Source: Octopus sinensis (Eukaryota). From it: DNA of 64,000 nucleotides. The stretch spans positions 6,572,001 through 6,636,000 of the forward strand of contig NC_042999.1 in NCBI RefSeq assembly GCF_006345805.1, written 5' to 3'. Position numbers and translations under genes: made by a program. This document shows positions 23,404-35,764 of the stretch, piece after piece. Position 1 is the stretch's first letter. The number at the start of each line of letters is the position of its first letter. A model generated the notes under the pieces. It saw only the letters and a program-made list of their open reading frames with translations. It had not been told where the DNA came from and searched no databases.

Positions 23404-23984
23404 CCTTTCTACTATAGACACAAGGCCTAGATTTTTGTCGGGAAGGGAACAAGCAACCACATCGACCCCAGTGCGTAACTGGTACTTAATTTATCGACCC
23501 CGAAAGGATGAAAGGCAAAGTCGACTTCAACGGAATTTGAACTCAGAACGTAGAGACAGACGAGATACCTATTTCTTTACTACCCACAAGGGGCTAAACA
23601 CAGAGGGGACAAACAAGGACAGAGAAACGGATTAAATCGATTACATCGTCCCCAGTGCGTAACTGGTGCTTATTTAATCGACCCCGAAATGATGAAAAGC
23701 AAAGTGGACCTCGGCGGAATTTGAACTCAGAACGTAGAGACAAACGAAATACCTATTTCTTTATTACCCACAAGGGGCTAAACACAGAGGAGACAAACAA
23801 GGACAGACATAGGTATTAAGTCGATTACATCGACCCCAGTGCGTAACTGGTACTTATTTAATCGACCCCGAAATGATGAAAGGCAAAGTGGACCTCGGCG
23901 GAATTTGAACTCAGAACGTAGCGGCAGACGAAATACCGCAAAGCATTTCGTCCGGCGTGCAAACGATTCTGCCAGCTCGCTGCC
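23404..23984 (-). mobile_element. SINE A tandem trimer with mixed tails (A1, A1, A3)
   Basis: One head at about 23940-23984; the terminal unit carries the tail also seen at 24440-24486. Confidence 0.9.
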
Positions 23985-24320
23985 TTTTAGTCGAATTCTA
24001 AATGAGATGAAAACTTGAAAACTTGAAATTGGACAGATCTGTTTGGTTACTGTCGGTACCCTTGGAGGTCATTCTTCTGTTTTGTAAAATAAACATCCTT
24101 ATTTAGCTAATTGTTCTTAGTCATTTTCACGACCGACAACCAGCACAGTTTCGAACTGTTGCCATGAATCTGTAATCTCTTGTTCCGGATATTATTTTCT
24201 ATCATAAGATTGAACGCTGAAATATTTCTTTTAAACGAACTGTCATTGCTTTCAATGTCCCTATATTGACCAGAAAATTCCATTGAATATCAAATGATGC
24301 CTTGAATATTGCTTTTAATT

Positions 24321-24486
24321 GTATTTCGTCTGTCTTTACGTTCTGAGTTCAAATTCCGCCGAGGTCAGCTTTGTCTTTCATCCTTTCGGGGACGATAGTT
24401 TAAGTATCAGTTGCGTACTGGGGTCAATCTAATCGACTGGCCCCACCTCCCACAAAATTTCGGGCCTTGTGCCTAGAGTAGAAAAG
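24321..24486 (+). mobile_element. SINE A, A3 tail, starting at the GTATTTCGTC junction motif
   Basis: Central domain plus tail GGCCTTGTGCCTAGAGTAGAAAAG. Confidence 0.8.
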
Positions 24487-24500
24487 TATATTGCATTTAA

Positions 24501-24880
24501 CTTTTACTTTTGTTAGTCATTAGACTGCGGCCATGCTGGGGCACCGCATTGAAGAACTTTTAGTCGAATGAATAGACCCCAGTACGTATTTTTTTAAAGC
24601 CTGGTACTTATTCTATCGGTATCTTTTGCCGAACCGCCATATTACTGGGATATGAACATACTAACGCCGGTTGTCAAGCGGGAGCGGGCCGGGGGAAACA
24701 TAGACACAAAGACATGCACTCACTCACGCATATACACATACATATATATACGACGAGCTTCTTCCAGTTTCCGTCTATAGTATCCACTCACAAAGGCTTT
24801 GGTCGGCCCGAGGTTATAGTGGAAGACACTTGCCCCGCAGTGGGACTGAACCAGGAACCATGTGGTTGGGAATTAAACTT
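24501..24880 (-). mobile_element. SINE B, composite
   Basis: Both halves recognisable. Confidence 0.8.
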
Positions 24881-24882
24881 CT

Positions 24883-25841
24883 TATTTCTTTATTGCCCAC
24901 AAGGGGCTAAACACAGAGGGGACAAACAAGGACAGACATAGGTATTAAGTCGATTACATCGACCCCAGTGCGTAACTGGTACTTAATTATCGACCCCGAC
25001 CCCGAAGGATGAAAGGCAAAGTTGACCTCGGCGGAAAATTTGAACTGAGAACGTAACGGCCAGACGAAATACCTATTTTTACTACCCACAAGGGGCTAAA
25101 CATAGAGGGGACAAACAAGGACAGACATAGGTATAAGTCGTTACCTCGACCCCAGTGCGTAATGGTACTTATTTAATCAACCCCGAAGGGATGAAAGGCA
25201 AAGTGGACCTCGGGGCGGAATTTGAACTCAGAACGTAACGGCAGACGAAATACCTATTCTTTACTACCCACAGGGGCTAAACATAGAGGGGACAAAAAAC
25301 AAGGACAGACATAGGTATTAAGTCGATACATCGACCCCATGCGTAACTGGTACTTATTAATCAACCCCGAAGGGATGAAAGGCAAAGTGGACCTCGGCGG
25401 AATCGGGAATTTGAACTGAGACGTAACGGCAGACGGAAATAACCATTTCTTTACTACCCACAAGGGGCTAAACAAGGGGACAAACAAGGACAGACATAGG
25501 TATTAAGTCGATTACATCGAACCCAGTGCGTAACTGGTACTTATTTAATCAACCCCGAAGGGATGAAAGGCAAAGTGGACCTCGGCGGAATTTGAACTGA
25601 GAACGTAACGGCAGACGAAATACCTATTTCTTTACTACCCACAAGGGGCTAAACATAGAGGGGACAAACAAGGACAGACATAGGTATTAAGTCGATTACA
25701 TCGACCCCAGTGCGTAACTGGTACTTATTTAATCAACCCCGAAGGGATGAAAGGCAAAGTGGACCTCGGCGGAATTTGAACACAGAACGTAACAGCAGAC
25801 GAAATACCGCTAAGCATTTCGCCCGGTGTGCTAACGTTTCT
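24883..25841 (-). mobile_element. SINE A1 tandem pentamer (one head, five bodies of about 185 bp)
   Basis: Repeated GACGAAATACC|TATTT junction; small indels between units. Confidence 0.9.
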
Positions 25842-26489
25842 TCAAACTTCTTACCACACAGCGACCCCTACACCTATGCCACACAGCCACACCTGCACCT
25901 AAATTTAAATATATGTTCAGAACTAAAGTATTTTTCATCTGAGTGAAATTAAGCAAGTTATGTGAAAATAGAAATGAAACTTCAAATAAGTTATTATTAA
26001 TACTGGCTGATCGCTATTTATAGCACAGCTTGTTCTTCTATCCAGCTTCTCACGAATATTGCTAGCATAGTTTCTATTTCACTGCATTTCGTAACCCGAC
26101 GATAACTTCACAAGAGGTTAAATAAAAAGAATGAAAAGACATTAGTCGACAGCACAAATATATTTTTATATAAAATATCTTCTAAAATAATATCAACAAT
26201 AACTGCAACAACAGCAACGAAAGAGATTACGTCAGGGATTCTATATTAATAGCAAAAATATTAACTTAGCACGCAGATATAAACAGCATTTCGATAGTAA
26301 GAAATATCAGTTACCAAAGCTGGTTATTTATGAGGTTGAGAAGAATTAGAAATTATGAAACCCATTTAGAATCACTACATTTTTCTAAAAGAAAAACATG
26401 CTACCAGCGCTCTTCTATAATCAAATTCTCAATTTATTTTATTTTCCCAGTGTTATTTGAAAATTTCAGTGTAGTAAATTAGTTATATA

Positions 26490-27430
26490 CTACAGCATGG
26501 CCATAAAGTCACGCACCGTCCTGCAATATGTGAAATTGCTAACATTCTGGGTCTACGCGAGCTAATTGAATGGGCACGACGGTCACCAGACTTAACTAGA
26601 CCTAACTCCCATGGAACTTTTCTTCTGGGGCCACATTAAATCCCTTGAGGCGGCGAGCTGGCTGAAACGTTAGCACGCCGGGCAAAATGCGTAGCCGTAT
26701 TTCGTCTGCCGTTACGTTGTGAGTTCAAATTCTGCCGAAGTCGACTTTGCCTTTCATCCTTTCGGGGTCGATAAATTAAGTACCAGTTACGCACTGGGTT
26801 CGATGTAATCGACTTAATCCGTTTGTCTGTCATTGGTTGTCCCTTCTGTGTTTAGCCCCTTGTGGGTAATAAAGAAATAGGTATTTCGTCTGTCGTTACG
26901 TTCTGAGTTCAAATTCCGCCGAGGTCGACTTTGCCTTTCATCCTTTTGGGGTCGATAGATAAAGTACCAGTTACGCACTGGGGTCGATGTAATCGACTTA
27001 ATCCCTTTGTCTGTCATTGGTTGTCCCCTCTGTGTTTAGCCCCTTGTGGGTAATAAAGAAATAGGTATTCCGTCTGTCGTTACGTTCTGAGTTCAAATTC
27101 CGCCGAGGTCGACTTTGCCTTTCATCCTTTTGGGGTCGATAAATTAAGTACCAGTTACGCACTGGGGTCGATATAATCGACTTAATCCGTGTGTCTGTCC
27201 TTGTTTGTCCCCTCTGTGTGTAGCCCCTTGTGGGCAGTAAAGAAATATACATTAAATCCCTTGTGTATTCTAAAAAGATTCGTGACCAAGGTCATCTTCT
27301 TCAAAGAATTGTTGAAGAATGTGAACAAGTCAACGGCAAGGAAGTGTTATTTGAGAAGGTTCATCGCAATTCCAAATTCCGCATGAACACTTGTTTAGAG
27401 CTACATGGCCACCACTTTGAACATTTGTAA
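26490..27430 (+). mobile_element. Tc1/mariner (maT/DD37D-like) transposase remnant split by a SINE array
   Basis: EWARRSPDLT...FFWGHIKSLVYSKKIRD...RMNTCLELHGHHFEHL* across the insertion. Confidence 0.8.
26648..27248 (+). mobile_element. SINE A1 tandem trimer with 15-bp TSD
   Basis: ACATTAAATCCCTTG at 26633-26647 and 27249-27263. Confidence 0.92.
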
Positions 27431-27559
27431 TGGATTACCTACTTCATTGCTAATAAAGCATACTTGATATTCCCCATGGTGCATGACTTCATGGCCATCC
27501 TGCAAAGTGCTGCTACAGTGTTAGTAAGCAAAGGTGAAGGTTATATGTCCACTAACGAC

Positions 27560-28150
27560 GGTCACTTGTTATGTTCAGTCACTAATCGTGAGCATGACTC
27601 TTCATGGCTTTGGTATGACTTGATAAGCTTTCTCCATACTCATCAGTTTTTCACTTGGGTTTACCATTTTTTTATAATCAACTCCTTCCCACTTCATATT
27701 TCTTTTTGCAGCATCTTTGAATCTCACTTTAGATCTTCTCTGGTTACTTTTCCCCTTGCATAGTCAAGAATAAAGGATTTTTCCGGGTAGTCTGTTGTTG
27801 TCCATCCCATGTACATGTCCGAACCAACGTAAATTTCTATCAATGAGGATTTCCATGACAGGAGAGAAACCAGCATTCCATAAGATCTCTTTATTCCTGA
27901 TCTTGTCAAAGAGTGATATTCATAACTCGTCGCATTGTCTCATGAGATATGCATGTAACTTGTCTACTTTATAGACTGACGACTGTAAAATAATAAAAAG
28001 ACATATGCAGTTGTCTCCCGTTGCTCGCTCGTCTTGAGTGTAAATATCGTTGGTTAATCCGTTATATATCCTAATGACTTTGTTTAATCCTATTGAAATC
28101 CAGTTCTGCTTTACCGAAATGTAAAGCCAGTAACTCATGCGTATTGAACT
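27560..28150 (-). mobile_element. RTE-clade LINE 3' remnant
   Basis: KIRNKEILWNAG...RNLRWFGHVHGMDNNRLPGKILYS*LCKGK...RFKDAAKRNMK. Confidence 0.85.
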
Positions 28151-28379
28151 GTTTTATGATGGCGTCAAAATATCGGGTGACGGACTCCCAACAAAAAATG
28201 CAGTGTTAACGAATGGCAAACAAGGGATATCAAAGTGTTCCCTTGGTACTCAACTGAAGCTAATCAACCGGAAATAACCACCAGAATGGAGCTGAATATA
28301 AAAGATTAATAAAGGAAGAGGAAACATCCAGAATAAAACGACAGCATAAATGTATTTGCAATAACAAGCGGTCGCGCGC

Positions 28380-28567
28380 ACACACACACGCTCACACAGA
28401 CATACACATATATATATACACATACATATATAGATATACATTCACGTATACATGCATACATACATATACGTACACACACACTAAAACGCATACACACATA
28501 GGAATAATTACTATGTGTATGCGTGTATGTAAATGCACACACTACACCATGTATATATGTATGTATG

Positions 28568-28633
<66 letters not shown>

Positions 28634-29065
28634 ATATATATATTATATACATACATACATACATAAATACATACATACATATACTATTTTGAAATAAAAT
28701 TCTACACACACAAACATGTAAGTATGAAATATATATACATACATACATACATACACACGTAGACGCAGACACACACGCACACACACACCCTACACACACG
28801 TATGCTTGCCTCTGTTCAAATGCACATTCATACCTAATGAGTCCGTTTCAGTTTGGGAGACCTTCTTGCAAGCATCACAGGAGAAGAAAAAGCAACCAAG
28901 CCACATAACGTCTGTGTGCATATATATATATATATACTGTTTGTGTATATAAATAAGTAATTGGAATAGTAGTTTCTAAGTTTCATGCATGACCACATTC
29001 TTCAGCAAATTCACTGGCCGTATTAACGAGGTCTCAGCTACCGGCTTCCAGTAGAATTGCTACAC

Positions 29066-29130
<65 letters not shown>
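28380..29130. repeat. (CA)n/(TA)n/(CATA)n microsatellite blocks
   Basis: Direct reading. Confidence 0.85.
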
Positions 29131-29131
<1 letters not shown>

Positions 29132-29438
29132 GGTTGCACCCCGACTCGCACACTCACACACATGAAAAACAGAGCGGGAGAGCTAGGCATAAAAACGAAC
29201 TCACAATACAAAACGTAGCCTGAGACTAAATTATTTTCATTAAGAAATATTGAGAAGGAAGAAAGGTATTATGGATGTTCTTCACAGTTTACAGAATTGA
29301 AAGCCTCTGCTTGTGAGTTCTAATCTAGCCAGATATGGTTAGGTTTGTGTCTCCGTATCCGGCTTTTGTTATAAGCAGTGACTATTATATATTAGTCAGT
29401 TTAGTACTATATAACTGGGCAGTCTAGTATTATATACC

Positions 29439-29666
29439 TATTTCTTTATTACCCACAAGGGGCTAAACACAGAGGGGACAAACAAGGACAGACATAGGTA
29501 TTAAGTCGATTACATCGACCCCAGTGCATAACTGGTACTTAATTTATCGACCCCGAAAGGATGAAAGGCAAAGTCGACCTCGGCGGAATTTGAACTCACA
29601 ACGTAACAGCAGACGAAATACCGCTAAGCATTTCGCCCGGCGTGCTAACGTTTCTGCCAGCTCGCC
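29439..29666 (-). mobile_element. SINE A1 with 17-bp TSD
   Basis: GTCTAGTATTATATACC at 29422-29438 and 29667-29683. Confidence 0.92.
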
Positions 29667-29764
29667 GTCTAGTATTATATACCAGTGTCCCGGAGCCTCG
29701 TCAGTGGGGGTTGTGTCACCGGCAGGGGAGGGGGGAGACATCGTTGGCGGGAATTGTGCCGGCA

Positions 29765-30136
29765 ATGGTAGAATTGACTGCCTCGGACTCGGAGGAGGAA
29801 GAACTGTTGGTCTTCTTTTATAGAGGCAGAGAGGTGGAAAAGGTGGTGAAAGAACACTACGAGGGAGTACCTTTGGCCTTGATACGGGAACCCGAATGGC
29901 CTCCGCAGATAGCTGTGGAGGTCATAACGTTGCGCGTGTTACATAGTCTGAAGGGACTAAAAGAGGAATATCGTTCGTGGCCGGGTGACGCCGACTCGGA
30001 GCCCGCCTTGATTTTAAAGCAAGCATGGGGGATGATGGAGTACACACGGGCACAAGCGATGATGAGGTGGAAAATTGACAAGAGGTTGAAAAACCTCAAT
30101 GCTATAATGTGTAAGAGGCTCAGCGCCCATTTGTAA
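29765..30136 (+). CDS. Orphan ORF, 123 aa from ATG (MVELTASDSEEEELLVFF...KRLSAHL), function unknown
   Basis: Uninterrupted non-repetitive frame in a locally GC-richer block followed by AT-rich UTR-like sequence; no motif recognised. Confidence 0.35.
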   Translation: MVELTASDSEEEELLVFFYRGREVEKVVKEHYEGVPLALIREPEWPPQIAVEVITLRVLHSLKGLKEEYRSWPGDADSEPALILKQAWGMMEYTRAQAMMRWKIDKRLKNLNAIMCKRLSAHL

Positions 30137-31494
30137 ATGAACTAGTGTTGATTGTATATTGAATATTTTATTGTATGTTATTGTATATTATTAAGTCCAA
30201 TAATTGTAAAAACTGTAGTGAGAGGTTCAATACCTCGTTTTGTTTTTTTCTGTTGGAAAAAAAGAAGAGAATAATGTTTTAGAGAAGCAAAATATCGGCG
30301 GGCGTTTTTTGTATTCTCCCATTAATATCATCCTTTTTCATCATTCACCTCATTAATGTATGTGTCCAGCCCGCAGGCTACTCTTTGTAATGCCTTTATG
30401 GCAAATCTTAATGAAATAAAGTTAGTCTAATAATATATATCTTTAAAGCCTGTATTAAAGTTCAAAGCTTGAATGTATTTTAGTTGCTTAATCAAGAGGA
30501 ATTGGTTGAGTCCATTAGGTTAATTAGATGGTTAGGGTTGAGTTCATTATGAGCTTTTGTAGGTTTCTGTAGGCAATTATCTCCTGGAAAAAGTTAGGAG
30601 GAGATGGTCATTTTGTGGGGAATTGGGACTGGATATATTTTCTTTTGTGTAGGTATTGAGGAATGATGAAATATAGTAGTGAGGAACTAGAGAAGAAGGG
30701 ACATGTATGGAGGAGGATGCGAAGTTGTTGTCGTAGTGATGTGAGGAGTCAGAATACCTAGGGACCAACGAAATAAAATAAAAAAACCAGAAAACCATAT
30801 ACCATAAATTTATCCACAAGACTCAAGGGCCAGTATGGACTAAACAATGCCAAATAGCCGTAGAAAATGGAAATATATTTGACAGTAAAATGACCTGAGA
30901 TACATAGAATTAAGTGTTCTGGCCAGTGATACAAAGAAATTGTTGCAGAGAATGTAGAGCTATGCTTAATAAATAGGTAATATACCTTACCCAATAAGCT
31001 ATTTTGAATCTTTATATCTGCCATATCGCCATAAAATGTTGATCTTTTATTCGCCGATGTTAGCAGTTATCTGCAGAATATGTTAAATCATCTGACTGTT
31101 GTCCGCTTCCAACAAAAGTTGTGTGACAGTTTTCACATTTGAAATGCTTCGTTCTCCGGAAAATGTCTGAAAAACCGATGCAGTTCAATTCAGAATTGCC
31201 AAAACTTTTACTTTACGCTGTCTTTGTAGTAATTTCATTTTATATGTCTGTTTCAAGTAAGACTCATCCCAAAGCACGGTGCTGGAAAACGGTAAAATAC
31301 ATGAAACTTTAATAAGTCAAAATCAAGTTATTAGAAAGTCTCACTTCAACAGAACATGAATAATTAGATCATGGACACTAGAGTAATTAACTAAATGTAC
31401 TAATTACCATAATAAAAAAAAACTAGATAACTTAATGTACTAATGAAACACAACCCAAGTATCTTAACTAACTTTCATCATTTCATTAGCTTTA

Positions 31495-31690
31495 AAGCAG
31501 TGAACTGGCAGAATCCTTAGGGGGTCAGACAAAATGATTTGCAATGTTTCTTCTAATTCATTAGGTTCTGAGTTCAAACCCCGCTGGAGTCAACTTTGCG
31601 TTTCTTCCTTTCAGTACCAAATACTAGAGATTATGTTATCAATTAAATGTCTCCTTTCAAAATTACTACCCTTTTCCTAAATCAGAATCC
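31495..31690 (+). mobile_element. Old, degenerate SINE A copy
   Basis: GAACTGGCAGAATC...GAGTTCAAACCCCGCTGGAGTCAACTTTGC. Confidence 0.6.
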
Positions 31691-32235
31691 ATTATTCCGG
31701 TAGTTTCACTTTTATGGTGTACTATCACTGTAGAAGCGAGCTCTGTTTACTTTGGGCATGCGCAGTGACATAATTTTGTACTGAAATATTTTCCGTAATG
31801 AATGTCATTGTTTAGCAGTGTAATTTCGTATCTGTAATTCAACCATTTGCTTTTGTACCACCACGTCTGAAATTATCTTTCTTCCGGGCGCCCACTTGCT
31901 TCTGTTGAAAATAAGCGCCAACAGCATCGATGTGTCTAGTGTGGAAAGGCATGTAAAAATCATGGACTCAAACCCGCCACTTGACATAAATTAATGAAAA
32001 TAACATTTTACTATCCCTTTTCCTGTCAACGTTTTAGATTTACAGAAAGGTGATCCGGTGATTCGGTAATACAAAATTTGTAGTTCCGGCCATATAAAAT
32101 TTGCCTCAAAAAACTCTGCCCAATCTAACTTTGGAATTGGGTCTCGAAGCTTAATGCTATATATATTGGGTTGAAAAACATCTTTGGATATGAAAAGTCG
32201 AAGGTTGCTCATGGAATATGAACCCACGTCTCCTG

Positions 32236-32451
<216 letters not shown>

Positions 32452-32700
32452 CGGAGTAAACACATAAATGTGAAACAAGGTGGAAAAAAAGAGTACTCAA
32501 ATACCAGTGGTAGAGTAATATGTTTTATTTAAAGCAACAGAAAATTCAACAAAACCTGTTACTCTGAGTTTCACGTTGCAGTTCGTCGGACAGTTTTTGC
32601 TAGAATAGAACCGATATGTCTAGCAAAAACTGTCCGATGAACGGCAACGGGAAACTCAGAGTAACAGGTTTTGTTGAATTTTCTGCTGCTTTAAATAAAG
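32452..32700. mobile_element. Penelope-LTR-like fold-back with hammerhead motifs
   Basis: Arms 32524-32604 and 32619-32699 (81 bp, 4 mismatches); CTGT-CCGA(T/C)GA-ACG(GCAA)CGT-GAAA-CTC(A)GAG-TA^ACAG as arm consensus; (TA)n on both sides. Confidence 0.7.
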
Positions 32701-32938
32701 TATATATATATATATATATATGAGACTTGTTGTGTAAGGCCGGAACAATGCGAGAAAGTACAAAGAAAACTGAGGAAGGAGAAAGAGAGAAAAAAAGAAA
32801 ACAAATGCAGTTTTACCTTGTATTTCTATATTTCGGTGTTATGACCCCTTCTTCAGGACATTTGGGAAAAGTGGTAGTTGAAAAATTCACCACACAATGC
32901 TTCACCAAAACTACTTCGTGTGTGTGTGTGTTTATACA

Positions 32939-32980
<42 letters not shown>

Positions 32981-33179
32981 CACACAACAAATTAAAAGTG
33001 TGGCTCATTAGCAATTAGAACCTAAAGGTAAAATTAACGCCGGTCACAAAAGTTATGGAGCGTGTTGGCCAGCACCGCTTATGCTAATATAAGACTTAAA
33101 TTAACACTAAAGCTATCTATCTATCTATCTATCTATCTATACTATTATTATCTATCTATCTATCTATCTATATATCTCT

Positions 33180-33216
<37 letters not shown>

Positions 33217-33234
33217 TCTATCTATCTGTCTCTG

Positions 33235-33331
<97 letters not shown>

Positions 33332-33448
33332 GAAATAGTGGCACAACAAGGTACTCATTTTCGATAGAAATAGCAATCGATAACCGTTCGACGCTAGGTA
33401 AAGCTTTATTTCGCTGGAAAATAATATTGCATTATAATAATAATAATA

Positions 33449-33494
<46 letters not shown>

Positions 33495-33880
33495 CTTGAA
33501 ATAGAAATCAGCAAAATGTGGAACCTGAAGACTAAAACAATACCTGTTGTCATAGGTGCCCTGGGAATGATAGCGAAAGGGGCTGATTGCTACCTAACTC
33601 AGATACCAGGAAACCCCAAAATGGCAGAAATTCAAAGGATAGTGCTCATGGGAACTGCTCATATCCTACGCAATATACTCTCTATGTAATCTCAAGGTTT
33701 AAAACAAACATTAAAAAAAAAAAATTATTTATTAGACATTCACTAGTACAACACCCCACCCAAATATATGGCACACTAGGCATAACAACAACGTGAACTT
33801 CCAACCTGTTGTCTCTTGAGGTCTCTGGGTGAGACTTGGAGCCAACTTGTACAAACATAAAGCAAAAGTCAAACATAGAA
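33495..33880 (+). mobile_element. R4/Dong-like (RLE) LINE 3' end, family D2
   Basis: LEIEISKMWNLKTKTIPVVIGALGMI...GTAHILRNILSM* plus 3'UTR; (TAA)n both sides; further copies at 41905 and 57671. Confidence 0.85.
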
Positions 33881-33930
33881 TAATAATAATAATAATAATA
33901 ATAATAGTAATAATAATAATAATAATAATA

Positions 33931-34065
33931 ACATGCACACACCCTACGCAGAACACTTTCAATACAGTAACCATCAGAGCATCACAACCAATCACAGCAC
34001 ATACCCAAGGCACACAGAGCTGCGCTCGGTAGTGAAGTGAAAGCACGATATAAAAATAAAACTAA

Positions 34066-34068
<3 letters not shown>
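33931..34068 (+). mobile_element. R4/Dong-like LINE 3' end, family D1
   Basis: Matches 39552-39688; (TAA)n both sides. Confidence 0.85.
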
Positions 34069-34107
<39 letters not shown>

Positions 34108-34134
34108 TAATAATAATGATAATAATAATAATTT

Positions 34135-34545
34135 GACAGGCGAAAGAATTTGACAAGCTCAGAAAATATAAAGACCTGCTCATTGAATTGAGAAATGTGG
34201 CATCTCAAGGCGGTTACAATACCAGTGATCGTAGGAACACTAGGAATGATCAAGAAAGGAACCGAAATTATATGAGAATGATCCCTGGCTTACCATCCCT
34301 GCAAGAAGTGCAAAAGATTGTCTTAACTGGTACATCACATGTATTGAGAAGAGCATTGTCGATGTGAGAACTATTACTACCCCATGTATTTTAATTTAAC
34401 TTTATTCTATAAAAAAAAAATGAACGAACTAGTGAGTTAGTTTAATGGCCTACCAATGTATACTATGAGTTTCTTTGCCCTAGGAGTCGGGAAGACACTC
34501 GGCAAGAAATGGAAGCAAATTTGAAAGAGATGAAAAAAACCCATA
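34135..34545 (+). mobile_element. R4/Dong-like LINE 3' end, family D3
   Basis: KEFDKLRKYKDLLIE...VTIPVIVGTLGMIKKG...EVQKIVLTGTSHVLRRALSM* (with frameshifts). Confidence 0.8.
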
Positions 34546-34555
34546 AATAATAATA

Positions 34556-34591
<36 letters not shown>

Positions 34592-35107
34592 ATGTATGTA
34601 TATATAGATAAACAGATAGATATATTGTATACACATATATGTAAAGCTTGTTCATCATATACACTGACAGCTATTCCTTTTCTTACAACTTCCTCCAAGA
34701 CCTTAGTGGCACCAATAGTAGTTTCCCTTTAACATATAACATATAATTTGCATATAACACCATTATGCAGATGATCTCGTCAGGCGCTCAGTTGTAGGCC
34801 GAACACTTTACCATCTTGTGGTTTTCATTTTATTTATATTTCTGTAGGAATAAAAAGTCTATAGAATTTTGATGACTCATTCGTACAGTTGTTGTGAATC
34901 AATAATTATTTTCGTAATAGCGACAAAACATATTCTTGTGAACGTCTTTAAATGTTTATGGTATTCACGTCATAAGAAAAGCTGGTGCATATTTAGCCAG
35001 ACACTTCTAATGAACACGTTTCCATAGAAACACAGAAATGTTTCCGCAAGAATTCACCGAGATATAGAATTCAATAACAGTAATTATTAATTGATACACG
35101 AGGTTAG

Positions 35108-35235
35108 CAATTTTAAAGGGAGGAGTTTAATCGATACCATTGACCACAGAACTTCGCTGGTTCTTCATTTTATCGACCCTGTAAAAAAACAAAAATGAGG
35201 GGCAAAGTTGACGCTGGCGGGATATGAATCCCGAG
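35108..35235 (-). mobile_element. Degenerate SINE A fragment
   Basis: Central domain remnant. Confidence 0.55.
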
Positions 35236-35298
35236 CGTATAGAATCGCTACAAGGCATATTCTTCGATGTTCTAATGATTAAGGCAGCAAGCCAATAA

Positions 35299-35510
35299 TG
35301 GTTTCATATTTTGGCACAAGGCCAGCAAGCTCTGGGGAGAGCGTAAGTTGATCATACCAGTCTCAGTGTTCAACTGGTGCTTATATTATGAACCCCGAAA
35401 GGATGAAAAGCAAAGTGGATCACGCCGAAATTTGAACTCAGAATGTAAAGTCTGACGAAATACCGCAAAGCATTTTCCTGGCGTGCTAACGATTCTGCCA
35501 GCTCACTGCC
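35299..35510 (-). mobile_element. SINE A2
   Basis: Head, central domain and A2 tail. Confidence 0.8.
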
Positions 35511-35534
35511 TTATCCAATAATAATAAATTGGAA

Positions 35535-35764
35535 GACGGCGAGCTGGTAGAAACGTTAGCACGCTGGGCGAAATGCTTAGCGGTATTTCGTCTGCCGTTA
35601 CGTTCTGAGTTCAAATTCCACCGAGGTCGACTTTGCCTTTCATCCTTTCGGGGTCGATAAATTAAGTACCAGTTACGCACTGGGGTCGATATAATAGACT
35701 TAACCCGATTGTCTGTCCTTGTTTGTCCCCCTTATGTTTAACTCCCTGTGGGCAATAAAGAAAT
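35535..35764 (+). mobile_element. SINE A1
   Basis: Full head-to-tail match; imperfect ataat(a/c)aattgga flanking repeat. Confidence 0.88.

Noticed and set aside
24883-25841. CRISPR-like regular array
   Set aside because: Units are near-identical SINE bodies with no unique spacers, no cas genes, and the context is eukaryotic
31905-31995. C2H2-like remnant HRCV*CGKACKNHGL and an upstream NRF1-like GCATGCGCA motif (about 31756)
   Set aside because: In-frame stops, wrong His spacing and single occurrence; could be chance
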